64,000 nt of DNA, from contig NC_068992.1 of NCBI RefSeq assembly GCF_001194135.2, forward strand, positions 16,843,779 to 16,907,778. The letters are read 5' to 3'. Positions 28,098-42,230 of the stretch are shown piece by piece. The notes beneath the pieces are model-generated. The model saw nothing but the letters and a program-made list of their open reading frames with translations, was not told the origin of the DNA and searched no databases. Both the position numbers and the translations under genes were made by a program. This stretch comes from Octopus bimaculoides. Its lineage: Eukaryota. Position 1 is the stretch's first letter; each line of letters opens with the position of its first letter.

Positions 28098-30351
28098 AGT
28101 AATAGTATTATTATTAATTATTATCGCATCATCAATGTTATAAACCATGATACTTGATTATTGTCTTTGTTGTTGTTGTTGTTTCATTTTCATTGCTTTC
28201 ATTGGTTTCTTACAAGATGATTAATAATTTACTTTTCATTTTAGAAAACGATGTATGATCACAATATATCAGCGCAATAACATTCACGGAAAGAAAAAAA
28301 AACAAAAAAAAAAACACGTATGAAACCATGAATTCAAACGATAACATACTACATACTTTCAAAGGTATTTGGCTGTCACTTTGTACAACGCTTCAGCGTT
28401 AAAACATCATTTGTAAATTCTTGAGTGATTACTAAATAGACAGCTATTTGTATTGATTCTTACATCAAACATTTACTTCGTCTATAACTTCGATGGCTCC
28501 AAATAGCGTTGCCATTTACAGTTGAAATCAATAGAATAGCTATTACGTGTATGGCTATACGATCGTTTCCTACTAACCCAAAACTGTGCAAATGTAGCAG
28601 ACAGGATTTGAGGGATTTTCTGACTGTGTGTTTTATACAAACACACACACAGGTGTCTAATATTTATGGAATTTCTCTGTAGATATACCCATGTTGTGGT
28701 CCGTTTAGTGTTACTATCATTGCAATAGAGCAGCTGAGTATCCCTATTACTTATGAATGAACAATACAATTGTGCTTATTCAGAGAGTAGGCTGTAGAAA
28801 GAAAATTTGACGTGACAGAAGAAACCTCACCATAGTTTTGAAATCAGCCAATTTTAATCTAAATCAAGTGAAAAAGCTAACTCAACAGAAATTATGTTCA
28901 AAATTGTTCCTTTCTGTTGTTTATCAGCTTTTACAAGTTTCCTTATATCACAGAATTTGTTGCTTTTTAAACATGAAGCCTATGATTTTCTTTACTTTAA
29001 ATATTTTATACAACTTTATTCTTTTATTTACCTGTCTTTTGTACAACATCTATGTATATAGTGGCGTCATTTCTACCAAAAGGAGATAATCATTTTTACA
29101 CGTCTAGCTTTTCAAATTATTTCGATTTTACTTTTTGCAAAACATTTTCTCTTTAAGTTATATGCGAGCATAAGAGAAACATCTACGAGTAACGACGGAA
29201 TAATTCATCAGCTTGTATACACACACACGCGCGCGCGAGTGTGTAGTAGCAACCATTCACTTAAAGTGATGAACCACATGTTCTATGTATAGAAAATGAT
29301 AATATACAAAAGAAAATAAAAGCAATCGGAAGTGATATAAGAAGACAGATGTTATAAGGTGAACGATTACCCGCTGTTGCAGGAAGGGAGAAGAGCCACA
29401 TCTCAAAATCGAAACAAGACTGTTGATAATAGACATGACATCCCAACCAATAATAATAAACTGTTATCTTACAAATACAACTGTCATGTCAACGTGGAAA
29501 TCTGTTCGCCGATTGAGATAATACAAGTGAGTTAACATAAACATATTTGAAATAAGAGATATACGATATATGGTGGGTGTTGTGCAGAATGATATATGAA
29601 GTAATTAAAAAGTGATGTATCAGAAATGACTTAATCGCTGAATATTCGTATTTATTTTCTGCAACGGCAGATGTTCGGAAATGTATGACATCATATATTT
29701 GTATGCATCTGTTTTTCTTTTTGTGTGTGCGTGCATGTGTGTGAGTGTGTGTGTGTATGTGTGTCTATCTATGTGTGTGTACATGTGAAAAGAAAGGGAA
29801 GACTGCTATTTAGTCATATAAAAGCGCTCTTTTAGCAACACCCTACATTGTTGCTATCTGTCTGACATAACTTGTGCTAAGCATTCAAATTCTAATTCTG
29901 AAGAATCTAATGTCTGGATCGATAGCTGACTTTATACACTTTGATTTTTCCAAAATCTTTAAATATTGACAACAGTGAAATCTTATGTAACTAACTGAAA
30001 ATCTTTAACTTAACAGGAAGTCGAGCTCTTTCTTCAGATTTTTCAACCGTGACCACTACAAAATTCATTAGACATAACCGGAAGACAAAGAAAAAAACAC
30101 CCATTCACACATCCCTACGAAGGTATTTGATAGGTCGATATTTACTATACACTCGGCAAACGGCAGGATTTGTGTCCTACCCGTGATAACCGCGGTTGGA
30201 CATAAAGCCACGCTACACAATAATACTGAAACTGATTAAAAGCGATTGTGTGTTGGACGTTTTCCTCATCCATTTGTGCTTTGGACATATTTGGGTGTTG
30301 GTATCTCAATCATGCTCTCGTTAATTAATACATAGAATTGATAGAACTTAC

Positions 30352-30570
30352 CTAGAGCACGCAGAAGCTCTCATAGTACTGCCAGACGAAAGATTTTTCG
30401 TAATCGTCCATAATCTACAGCAGTATGGACAATAAAGACCAACTATGCAGTCTGTTACGACTGTTGCGAGTTTACTGCCTCTCATATCTTCGATGTGATT
30501 CTTCCATCGACCAAACTGTCCGGTCGTTAGGGTATCAGTAAGTTTAAGTGAAGTGAGTCTCTGCGCTTTT
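30352..30570 (-). other. Probable non-coding first exon (5' UTR) of the same gene; 5' end approximate
   Basis: Consensus donor TAG|gtaagtt at 30352/30351, locally CpG-richer sequence, and a TATA box just upstream. Splicing to 14790 puts an in-frame TAG 6 codons before the proposed ATG. Confidence 0.5.
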
Positions 30571-30590
30571 CAAACAATGAGTGGTGGTAT

Positions 30591-30720
30591 CTTATATAGA
30601 CAAAATACAAAATTGTTGAAGTATACAGACAGAATATAAAGAAATGGGGTAATAGGCCACCAAGCAGTCAGCTTGACGTGTACCACAATAACTATCAGGT
30701 TCACGTGTCCCCTTTCCGGA
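30591..30720 (-). promoter_or_regulatory. Putative core/proximal promoter: TATATAAG (30598-30591), CRE half-site TGACGT (~30674), E-box CACGTG (~30703), ETS-like TTCCGG (~30714)
   Basis: Motifs are read directly in a non-repetitive, CpG-enriched island (~30060-31000) immediately 5' of the candidate first exon. Confidence 0.4.
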
Positions 30721-31461
30721 CTGTGGTCTCAGTTTAAACGATATATGCTCACCGTTCTGACCCTACGGTGGGCCAACTTCAGGCAAGTTACCTGCAGGGT
30801 AACATCACGTTCTTTAATTTATCGTTCCTCCCCCAAATGGAAGGTGAAGCTGTTGAGAAAACACAAGCCGAAGCAGAAAGTATCTGTTTTAATTGTTTCA
30901 ATTTCAGTCACTATGGAATCACTTTAGCCATGGCCATCAGTCTATGGAAAACGGCCTGTCTTTTGCTGATCAAAATAAAGCGGTGGACAGCGCTATCATT
31001 CCTCACATTATAAAGTTCCTGCTATAAAAGTTAAAAGTTAGAGTCATTAACAACACTAAAAAAAAAATTGGGGGGTCTTTCAAACGACTTTGTATCTCGT
31101 AATTATATATTACTGTAAGCTAAAGCCATCAGACTTCATAGATGCATTTGATATACGAGGAAAATTTCACAAATAAGATCATTTCAGACTCGTTTATTTC
31201 TCAAAGTTTTCATATGGCTTCAAAATGAATTATATTTCATTTGTGACTTTGTTAATGATACTAGCAAAGCTATGATAGAATTCCAAGTGAAAGCTAAAAC
31301 CTGTACTGTTTCTCCATTCATAAACTAGCAAACACAAACACACACACACACACATATATATATATGTGTGTGTGTACACCAACATGTCAATATATATATG
31401 CATATGTATATATATACAAACATATGGACACACGGACACACACACACGGACACACACGCAC

Positions 31462-31499
<38 letters not shown>

Positions 31500-32013
31500 G
31501 TGTGTGTGTACACCAACATGTCAATATATATATGCATATGTATATATATACAAACATATGGACACANNNNNNNNNNNNNNNNNNNNNNNNNNNNNNNNNN
31601 NNNNNNNNNNNNNNNNNNNNNNNNNNNNNNNNNNNNNNNNNNNNNNNNNNNNNNNNNNNNNNNNNNNNNNNNNNNNNNNNNNNNNNNNNNNNNNNNNNNN
31701 NNNNNNNNNNNNNNNNNNNNNNNNNNNNNNNNNNNNNNNNNNNNNNNNNNNNNNNNNNNNNNNNNNNNNNNNNNNNNNNNNNNNNNNNNNGTGTGTATAT
31801 ATATAAATTTGTGCATATAAGTGCATAAAGTGGTGTAAGAAATCAATACATTGGATCAATTGCATTCGGTCGACTACATTCATTCTGTACAAAAAAAAAA
31901 AATAGTATTACATTCAGACAACAGCAATCCATATTTTACGGTAATTAGAAGACGTATCGATTAGCAACGGCAGTCATAACGATGTCGCCAGCAGCAGCAC
32001 CAACTACAGTACC

Positions 32014-32082
<69 letters not shown>

Positions 32083-32381
32083 TGTTGTTGTTGTTGTTGT
32101 TGTTGTAGTGGTAGTAGTCAAAGCATATGGTGTCCTTTACGTCGTCATGTGCTCAACACATAGGTAAGAATATTCAATAATTCGTAAGAAGTATCATAGC
32201 CAGGATTTGCTGCATTCTGCGAATGTTGAAAGAATGCTTATTGGCTTATCAGATAAAAGCTAACTTTCACAACGCATTTAACTTGTAGATACACGGATGC
32301 CAGATACAATCAATAATAGCAGTTGAGCTGCTATGACTTCCGACGGTTCTAACTTGTTAAACACAATATATACACATACAT

Positions 32382-32459
<78 letters not shown>

Positions 32460-33134
32460 CAAGGATAAGAATACTCTGGCAGTTGTTCATAGAAAAGAAA
32501 ATAAATATTAAACAAATACTAAAAATTGAAACTAAAACATTTATAACTCGATTATACAAGTAGCTGGATTTTGCCAAGTTTCTTCGCAATATATATTGTC
32601 AAATGTTCTACTTTTCATGTTAATTTTTAACATGTTACCATATTCTTATACAATGGAATGAGTCTTATAGAACGAATTTTAAGTCGTCTTGCAATGTCTT
32701 TATCTTTTTAATTTTTTTTTTCACTTTTTGTGTATACTTTGTGAAGATAGGGAGAATTTAATCGTTAGGGAAATTTTATTATCTACTTACAGCGACAGCT
32801 ATTACAGACGTGGTATTACATCTCTAGATACAATGGCCAGATAGATGTATTACGATCCTATTGGCTCGAAAGACATTTGTATATTTGTATCAAACTTCTT
32901 CATAAGTTCTTTTTACTGTTTTATGCATTGAAATAAAATTGTGTGGACTGCGTTTCATCTCTTACCTGCTTTTCAAGAATCCCCTGCTTCGTTACTCTGG
33001 CTAATTATGTCACTACTAAAACAGCTGTTGCTTCGCGGAATAAACTACATGCCACTTGCTACTGCACTTCATGTCATCATCTGCAGAATGTATGCCGCTA
33101 ACTAGTCATTTAATAATAACCACACACACACACA

Positions 33135-33203
<69 letters not shown>

Positions 33204-36061
33204 CCTTTCTTTCCCAGATCTTAAGTCTGTAATTTAATTTCCATCTATGCTTTAATATAAGTGATCACGTAATCGACCAGAAAATCGGATGTGGTTATGC
33301 ATCGCTGCTCACGAAGCACTTCACATCGTTTTATCGTTCGAATGATACCAACCCGCTGGTTTAGCAAGCAGGCCAACATTCCCCCTCATCGGAAGACTAG
33401 TCTCTCACAGGTTTACCCATTTACATCTGAATGGACTGGAACAATCTGAGATGAAGTGTTTTGCTGAAGAACATAACGCGAGGCTGTCTGAGGAAAGGAA
33501 CCACGATCGCATGATTGTGAATGCGAGACCTCATAGTCACTAGGTTATGTACTTTAGTATGAGTACAATTTCAAAAGGAATGTGTTTATTGCTTGTTGTT
33601 TAATTTTTTATGATGAATAAAAAAAAAATTAAAATTAAAAATCTGTTTAGTTTGCGCTTTTTTAATCTCTGCCGTATTTTAACATTTTGGCAAAAAAAGT
33701 CAGCAAATAGGATACGTCCACCGAAAAAAAGAATCAATGGTCAGAGTTCCTATAAACGCTAAACAAGAAAAAAAAAGCTAACATGGACGCGAATTATTCT
33801 CGCAGACTATTTTTGAAAAAAAGAAATTATTAACTTATCAAGCACAGATAGTTCTTCCTTCGATGATACTAAGAACAACAACCCAAAGAATAGGATTACT
33901 CTTACACATGCATCATCCAATGGATATGTTAGAGGAAAACAGATTTTATTTTATATTTTAATTTCAAATCCAACAAGAGTTGATAATCATCTCAGTACCA
34001 GTCATACTCTTATGTCGATCATTGAATCACTTTACGTTTTCTATTGTAAATGTATTTGCACAAGACACTCTAAAGAAACCTTTGTTTTATTAAATGAGGA
34101 AAGCTACTTTTAGATTACAAAGAACGCTGTGATTAATGGTGAGATGAAAATATTGAGATGAATATAAAATAGGAAGAATGTTGTCTAGATGATAATATAT
34201 TCCGTTTAGTACAGTGATAAAAAGAAAGAGCGCTACAGGTTTTCATTAAGTAGCATTGCATGCTATCATTTTGTATTTAGAGAATAGCGTTAAGTGAAAG
34301 AATGATTGGAATGAAAAGTCTCATACAGTTAGACGCGTCTGAAATGTTTGGTGATTTATAACTTGGGTTAAATGCTAATCAATAAAAGAATTAATAGTAG
34401 AATGAAAAAAATACAATCTGGGAAGAGACATCGTGTGAATTAATTTTTAAGACCATATTTAGTTTTGTTCCCAGGAAGGCATATTCCTTCGTAAGAAAGA
34501 GAAAATTCGAGTGACAAATATTTTCGTGAAATTGTGTGTTCCAGTAGGTTTTCACAGGAACAATGGTACAAAGTTTATTTCAGAAACATAAATGTGAGTT
34601 ACATAGGAAGATTGGTAGTATCGTTAGAGCATCAGACAGAATACGCCACGTTTTATGTTCGAGCTCCGGACGATCTGTGTTCAAATCAAACTAGTTCTTT
34701 TAATTTTTACTTCTATCAGTCATTAGACTTCAGCTTGTAAAGCATTATGCGCACTCCTTACCTTTCCTATTAAACGATTAAAAAGTTAGAAAAACGAAGA
34801 TGTCGAAATCTTAGGGATTTGAAAAATGGGTAAAGATAAAATCGACATAATATTGCCGTTATTAATCCTATATCTGTTATCAAACTACTTCCTTAAAATG
34901 CATCCTTATTAGATATCATTTGACTACAAGATATTTACAAGAGCTATGGAAGCTGTGATTGACGATTCGCCTACCGAAATATGATAAAATATTAATTAAT
35001 TCTCTTATTAAGCTTCTTAAAATTGGAACAGCTATATATACTTAGCTTCACATCTAACAGTAACGTGATTTTTAATGTTTCAAGTTCAATAAAATAAAGT
35101 TCTCAAATGATTTCTTTATCGTAAATATAATTTGTATCTTCTAACTCTAAGTTTGTAGCAGTAGCAGTGAAATTCCGTTCGTTGTTATCTCTGGCGGTCA
35201 TGCGTAATCTAATACATGTTCCAAGTAACTTCACTTATACTGTGATAAATGAGAAATCTCAAAACAATTTAAGTGAACAATATATGAATTCACCCTGCAG
35301 AGTGCACACTGAAAACAAATGTATCACAATTTCCTTAACAATGGGATGTCAGCAGAGGTTTGTAGATGCACATATCTTTCGATAAAATATTTATATTAAA
35401 TATTCAAGTATAGATAACACTGTAATTGAAAAGCAAATTGCTATTGGTGTAAACTCATAATATAAAATATTTATCATTATATATGCAGCATGAGGCACAA
35501 ACAACTAAATCGGTCTAATATAGTCTTCCAACCGAAGTCTCCACTCGAACATTTCTATCTGCTTTAAATGATTTAGGATTTCATTCTTTGTTTCTAAATC
35601 ATCTACGTATATATAGACATAAATGCCTAAAATAGATAGTTATAGTCTCATAGTACAAGCATTATTTAAAATGTTTTGGTTATATGGCTATGTTTCACTG
35701 AGCACTAACAATAATATATTCTAATATATAATATAATATATGTTGAATTCAAATCTTTAATAATCCTGTCTACTATTACTACAAGGTTTGAAATTGTGAG
35801 GAATCTGTCGAGTCGATTACATCGACCCCACTACCCAACTGATGCTTATTTTATCGACCCCGAAATAATTAAAGGCAAAGTCAAGCTCGAGGGCATTTGA
35901 ATTCAGCAAGTGAAATCAGAAGAAATGTCACCGGGCATTTTGTCCGTCTTGCACACTACGCTAAACGCATAGCGGCATTGCGTCCGTCTTCACGTATTTG
36001 GGATCGGATTCCACAACGGCCAACATTGTCTTTCATTTTTTTGGAGTCGATAAAATGTGGA

Positions 36062-37117
36062 CGAGATGCATTCCAGAATTTTTCAAAACTGTTTTAGAAG
36101 AAAAATAAACGCTACAGAAACTTATGAAATGTTTTAGATTACTTATGAATTAACTTTTATGAACCGATCATCTGTTTTCGGCTTGCACAACAGGTTCAAG
36201 GATGGTAAAGAGGCGGTTAGAAAACTATGAAAGATGTGAGGAGAAGAAGAAGAGCGTCAGAACATCAGAGCTGTTTTAAAAATGTGCAATTGTCTAAATA
36301 AAGACTGCCGTGTGTTCATAAAGACAATAAGCATAGAGTTTGAAGTTAGTGTGGCAACTGTACGCAGAATTATTCATGAAGATCTAAACCTTCGCTAAAT
36401 TGTGTTCCTTAGATGCCCAGTGACGAACACAAGAAAAGATTACCTCCAATCCAAGACTACTTGAATCTCTAGTGACCTGTGACGGAAGCTGTGTCTACTG
36501 ATATGATCCAGGTACCAAGGGACAGAGTGTGCCTAAAGGAAGCATCCTAGCTCGCCCAAAGCCAAGAAGGCCAGGAAAAGGAAGCCCACCTGTAACCTGA
36601 TAATGATATCCTTTCCCAACAACAAAGGCATCACCTACATTCCTTGGGCTCCCTCTGCTTAGACGGTCAACAAAGAGCACTTTTAGAGGCTTTGAGTGAA
36701 TCCAGGAGGAGATTTCATTGCAAAAGGCCAGTGGTTTTCCGCTCAGTTCGGTGATACCTGCACCAAGAGAATACATCAGTTCAAAATTGCATCCTAGTAA
36801 CTAATTACTTGATAGGGATGGGAACCAAAACTGTCCTTCACCCTCCCTACAGCCCAGACTTTGCTCCTTGTGACTTCAGGTTGTTCCCCAAGCTGAAGAA
36901 GAGCCTTACTGGTAGACGTTTTAAAGAAACCGAAATGAAGGCAGCTGTGATAAGAGTCCAGGACACCTTCACTTTGGAGGACTTTCATGGAGCCTTCACA
37001 AACTGGCTGGAGCGCTACAAATACATTGAAGTCAGAGAAGCTTAGAGTTTTATACTTCTTTAAAATTAATAAATGTCTCTCTTGAAAAAAGTCTGAAAAC
37101 TTCTGGACTGCATCTCG
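36062..37117 (+). mobile_element. Decayed, internally shortened mariner (Tc1/mariner) transposon with both TIRs
   Basis: ~29-bp TIRs: CGAGATGCATTCCAGAATTTTTCAAAACT and the reverse complement of ...GTCTGAAAACTTCTGGACTGCATCTCG. TA at 37118-37119. Transposase relics include VATVRRIIHEDL, YDPGTKGQS and HPPYSPDFAPCDFRLFPKLK, with many stops and frameshifts. Confidence 0.9.
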
Positions 37118-38940
37118 TACTATTCAAGTACTGAATTGAATATAATCGACTTCCCCTTCCTCTCAAAAAAGCTGCTTGCCCAGTGCCAGAACTCAAAACT
37201 AAATCTTTAATAATGCTCCAGTGATATTCTTAGTCCGAAGAAAACTTATTTATGGCAATCGTTGAGAAAATTATTGATGGTAACATGCGATATGAAATGT
37301 TAATATGAGCTTTAAAATATATCGTTTTTTTTTCTTAATTCTAAATGATGAATTCGTGGAGATCATTTAGGCAGAGGCTGGACTGTGCTACTCCCTCTAT
37401 TTATGATACTCCAGATGTAGGAAAAGCTGCTAGTGAAGAAACTTGAGATTGTCATTCTTGCATGCGGCAAATGCACAGTAAATCTCGGGAAACGTGTCAT
37501 GCGCCTTTGCCTCCAACATGTCAACCATATTCAAATTCTAAGATTCTCGCTTTTGTTGTTCACTTCGTAAGCGGTACATTAGCTTGATCATGTGTAGTGT
37601 GTCGTGTTGTGCTGTATTTATTATTTATTCTAAGAGTTATTGTTGCTGTCCTAAATGATGAAAGAGATTTCATCGCAAGAGCTGTAGCTTTATTGAATGG
37701 TGTTTTCTATGTTCTTATCTCTTTTCAGTTTAGCGTTCCGGTAATAAAGTTCGTACGCTTGTTATTTATTATTTCTATTTTATTTAAGTTCGTGATTAAG
37801 AGCCTCGTGTATTGCATTAACTCATCGAGAATCTACTATAGACTTTGGATTCAAGTAATGTAGTAGACAACTTCATAGATAATTGTTGTCATTTATTCCC
37901 AAGCCTTACTCACTATGAGTCAAGAACACAGTTGCAGGAAATATAAATTAGACCCAAATACGATATGCAGAATATACTTAGTAAATAAGTTTAATTCTCA
38001 TCTAATTATTGAAAGGGAAAATATTTTTTCCGCCTACCAAATAAAATAACCTGATTCTAATGAGTCGAATCGACAAGAGAAAACTATTGCTACTGGTATA
38101 TGTGGCTTGAAGGTCAGCATCACAAATATGCAATCGGCAATGAAGATTGAAATTAATTATGAAAACGAACGGGTGCGATCATAAGCACGGAGAACAAAAT
38201 GCTTAGCGGCATTTCTTGCGGCTCTTTATGTTAAGAGTTGAAATCGCGTCGAAGTCACCATTATCCTCTAACCCTCCCGGGCCGAACCAATAAAGTGGGG
38301 TCCTTGTAATCGATTTGTCCCCTCCACTCAAAATTTTAGGCCTTGGACTCTGCCACTGACCGGAGTTTCGTTTAGAGGGAATGTAGCAGTTATGGTCAGT
38401 TATATAAGCCATGTAAAAAAGGTAACAGAACTCGTGAGTACGGATGTTTGAAAGGAAAATAATTAATGAGCTACAGTTATAAAAATGTTACGTTATCATT
38501 TGAAAAAAATAAAAGAACACCACCAAAAAATTATATTACAGTAAATATTATATATTCATAGCCTGGGTTGGAATAAGAACGCATTTATTCCAGACTTGAA
38601 TTTCATGGCAATAGAAAAAAAGGACGCCGACTAACTCCCTTTGAATATACGTTTTCTTTATTCATATAACAAACAACTATTAACAAAGAAAAATATGAAT
38701 AAATGTTGCACTTTCAAATATTTGTTTCCTTGTATTAGTGGTTTAAAACTGTCTTGGAATTTCTGCAGTTGAAATAAAGAAATGTCTTGGTTTCTTTTAT
38801 ATATATTCTACTAACAATAAAATATCCCCGAGGGAACGACGTGATAATGTGGGTCAGAACATTACTACGTCTGTGCATCACTCTCTCTCTCTCTCTCTCT
38901 CACTCTCTTTCTCTCTCTCACACTCTCTATCTCTCACACA

Positions 38941-39005
<65 letters not shown>

Positions 39006-39160
39006 CCTCCCTCCCTCTCACTCTCTCTCTCCTTCTCTCCCATACATACATTCATGCATACATACATATATACGTACAGATAACGGACGGTAAGATACAT
39101 ATACATCTATATACTCTTACACAGATATATATATGTGTATGTGTGTACATTCATATAATC

Positions 39161-39192
<32 letters not shown>

Positions 39193-39927
39193 NNNNNNNN
39201 NNNNNNNNNNNNNNNNNNNNNNNNNNNNNNNNNNNNNNNNNNNNNNNNNNNNNNNNNNNNNNNNNNNNNNNNNNNNNNNNNNNNNNNNNNNNNNNNNNNN
39301 NNNNNNNNNNNNNNNNNNNNNNNNNNNNNNNNNNNNNNNNNNNNNNNNNNNNNNNNNNNNNNNNNNNNNNNNNNNNNNNNNNNNNNNNNNNNNNNNNNNN
39401 NNNNNNNNNNNNNNNNNNNNNNNNNNNNNNNNNNNNNNNNNNNNNNNNNNNNNNNNNNNNNNNNNNNNNNNNNNNNNNNNNNNNNNNNNNNNNNNNNNNN
39501 NNNNNNNNNNNNNNNNNNNNNNNNNNNNNNNNNNNNNNNNNNNNNNNNNNNNNNNNNNNNNNNNNNNNNNNNNNNNNNNNNNNNNNNNNNNNNNNNNNNN
39601 NNNNNNNNNNNNNNNNNNNNNNNNNNNNNNNNNNNNNNNNNNNNNNNNNNNNNNNNNNNNNNNNNNNNNNNNNNNNNNNNNNNNNNNNNNNNNNNNNNNN
39701 NNNNNNNNNNNNNNNNNNNNNNNNNNNNNNNNNNNNNNNNNNNNNNNNNNNNNNNNNNNNNNNNNNNNNNNNNNNNNNNNNNNNNNNNNNNNNTATATAT
39801 ATGTATATATATAGATAGATAGATACATAGATAGATAAAGACAGAGAAATATGTGTGCATATATACATAGAGAGAGAGAAACACAGAGAGAGAGAGAGAA
39901 ACACAGAGAGAGGGAGAGAAACACAGA

Positions 39928-39962
<35 letters not shown>

Positions 39963-41005
39963 CGATGCATACATATGGTTGTCTATATATTATTTATATA
40001 ATAATATACATAATAATTTTATACCTATATAGACAAACATTTATATAATACAAACTATTATACATATATTTAGAATATACATTAATATATTTATAAATAG
40101 AAAGAGAATGGAAGAGACAGGAGTGAATAGGAAACAGAGACATGCATCTATTTACAAATATATATTTCAGCGTAAATAACAAAAAAAATCTTATCGAATT
40201 AAACAAAGTCAAATACCATTCTTTCATTTTATGTAATGTTTTCCTTATTGGTATGATATATTATTTTAAAATATTTTACTATTCAACAGATCACAAAGTG
40301 AAAATAAACATCAGAAACAATAATAGCTATCACATTATACAAATTTATGCCTTTGTAACGCTGTTTTCATTTGGGTCTAGGTATGTATAATTTGTCTATG
40401 TCTAAATGTTTATATATATGACTATTGAAATGGATGTTTATCACATATTTGTTTTTAATAGAATCATCTATTTCATATGCTTTAATAATAACATGATATG
40501 CCACATGTGTAAAGATATAAAACCGTAGAACAAGACTTACATACAATATAATGGTTCCCACTCGGACGCAAATTTATACATACTCGCATACATACTTTCA
40601 TAAATATATATGCATAGATGTGTATACACAAGTACATACATATACATTTGAATATAGATATACATAAATATGCACACATATATATATATATATACATATA
40701 ATAAAAGTGCATTTTCAAACTTTAAATCCCTTGAGCGCTTAAATTTAAATATAGTTTCTTGATATGTTACAAATGACTACTCCATTAAAGTACAGTCTAT
40801 CGTCTTGAAACTGGAGATCACGTTAGGCTTGCGGAATGTGTTTACTCAAAACTTTTCCCGATCTGTTAATTGACTACATGATAGGCGCAGGCGTGGCCCT
40901 GTGGTAAGAAGCTTGCTTCTTTCACATGGTTCGGAGTTGTCCCATTGCGTGGCACCTTTGGGTACTACAGTCAAATGACTGGAACAAGTAAAAGAAAATA
41001 AGAAA

Positions 41006-41037
<32 letters not shown>

Positions 41038-41533
41038 NNNNNNNNNNNNNNNNNNNNNNNNNNNNNNNNNNNNNNNNNNNNNNNNNNNNNNNNNNNNNNN
41101 NNNNNNNNNNNNNNNNNNNNNNNNNNNNNNNNNNNNNNNNNNNNNNNNNNNNNNNNNNNNNNNNNNNNNNNNNNNNNNNNNNNNNNNNNNNNNNNNNNNN
41201 NNNNNNNNNNNNNNNNNNNNNNNNNNNNNNNNNNNNNNNNNNNNNNNNNNNNNNNNNNNNNNNNNNNNNNNNNNNNNNNNNNNNNNNNNNNNNNNNNNNN
41301 NNNNNNNNNNNNNNNNNNNNNNNNNNNNNNNNNNNNNNNNNNNNNNNNNNNNNNNNNNNNNNNNNNNNNNNNNNNNNNNNNNNNNNNNNNNNNNNNNNNN
41401 NNNNNNNNNNNNNNNNNNNNNNNNNNNNNNNNNNNNNNNNNNNNNNNNNNNNNNNNNNNNNNNNNNNNNNNNNNNNNNNNNNNNNNNNNNNNNNNNNNNN
41501 NNNNNNNNNNNNNNNNNNNNNNNNNNNNNNNNN

Positions 41534-41575
41534 CTTTTTCAATCTCTCCCAGTAGTTGATATGTCGCATTAAGAC
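41534..41575 (-). mobile_element. Short CR1/L2-type LINE fragment at a gap edge
   Basis: MRHINYWERLKK matches the L-x-Y-x-E-R-L-K-x-L motif C-terminal to CR1/L2 RT. Only about 40 nt are visible. Confidence 0.45.
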
Positions 41576-41809
41576 GACCTTATTTGTGTAGCTTCACTGG
41601 ATTGCTTCGAGATTCGTCGTTAATTTTACACTGTGGTATGTGTGTAAAATATTTGTGTTCTAGGTTAAGAGGAGAAAAAGACTCGATTAAAACGCTCAAT
41701 AAATTGGAGCAATATCTTTTATTTCTTATAGGTCAAAGATCTCGAATACTGAAAGGTTTTTCCGAGATACTTCATTGTGTATTTCTTCTCAGAAATTGTA
41801 GAATGGGGC

Positions 41810-42230
41810 TGAATTAGAAGACGCGGCCAGGCACAAGCGTTGCTGTGTGGTAAGAAGCTTGCTTCCCAAACACATGGTTCTGGGTTCAGTCCTAGTACAT
41901 GTTACATTGAGCGAGTGTTTTCGGCTATTGCCTCGGGCCGACCGAAGCCTTCCATGTGGATTTTTTAGACGGAAACTGAAAGAAGCTCGTCGTGAATGTG
42001 TGTGTCTTTGTAACTGTGTTTGTCTTCGACAGTCGTTTGACAACCGGTGCTGGTATGTTTACGTCCCTGTAACTTAGCAGTGCAATTCGGCAAAACAGAC
42101 CGATAGAATAAGCACCAAACTTTAAAAAAACAAATACAAATATCATTGCCTATATATTCGACTAAACTTCTTGAAGGTGGTGCCCCCGCATCGCTGCTGT
42201 CTAATGAATGAACCAAGTAAAGGATACGTA
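41810..42230 (+). mobile_element. tRNA-derived SINE family B (CORE-SINE-like, head TAGGCGCAGG..GCTGTGTGGTAAG...GCACCTTGGGCAAGT)
   Basis: A/B boxes and a CORE-like motif. Other copies lie at about 12500-12660, 16900-17290, 26400-26520 (tail), 40880-41005, 43840-44380, 47490-47660 (-), 50400-50820 (-) and 52296-52800. Confidence 0.8.

Noticed and set aside
31339-31566. Exact ~95-bp duplication beside an N gap
   Set aside because: Most likely a scaffolding or gap-edge artefact.
28463-33080. Extra minus-strand exon candidates (~28463-28622, 32966-33080)
   Set aside because: Good donors, but no consistent frame or chain; they may be UTR exons and are unsupported.
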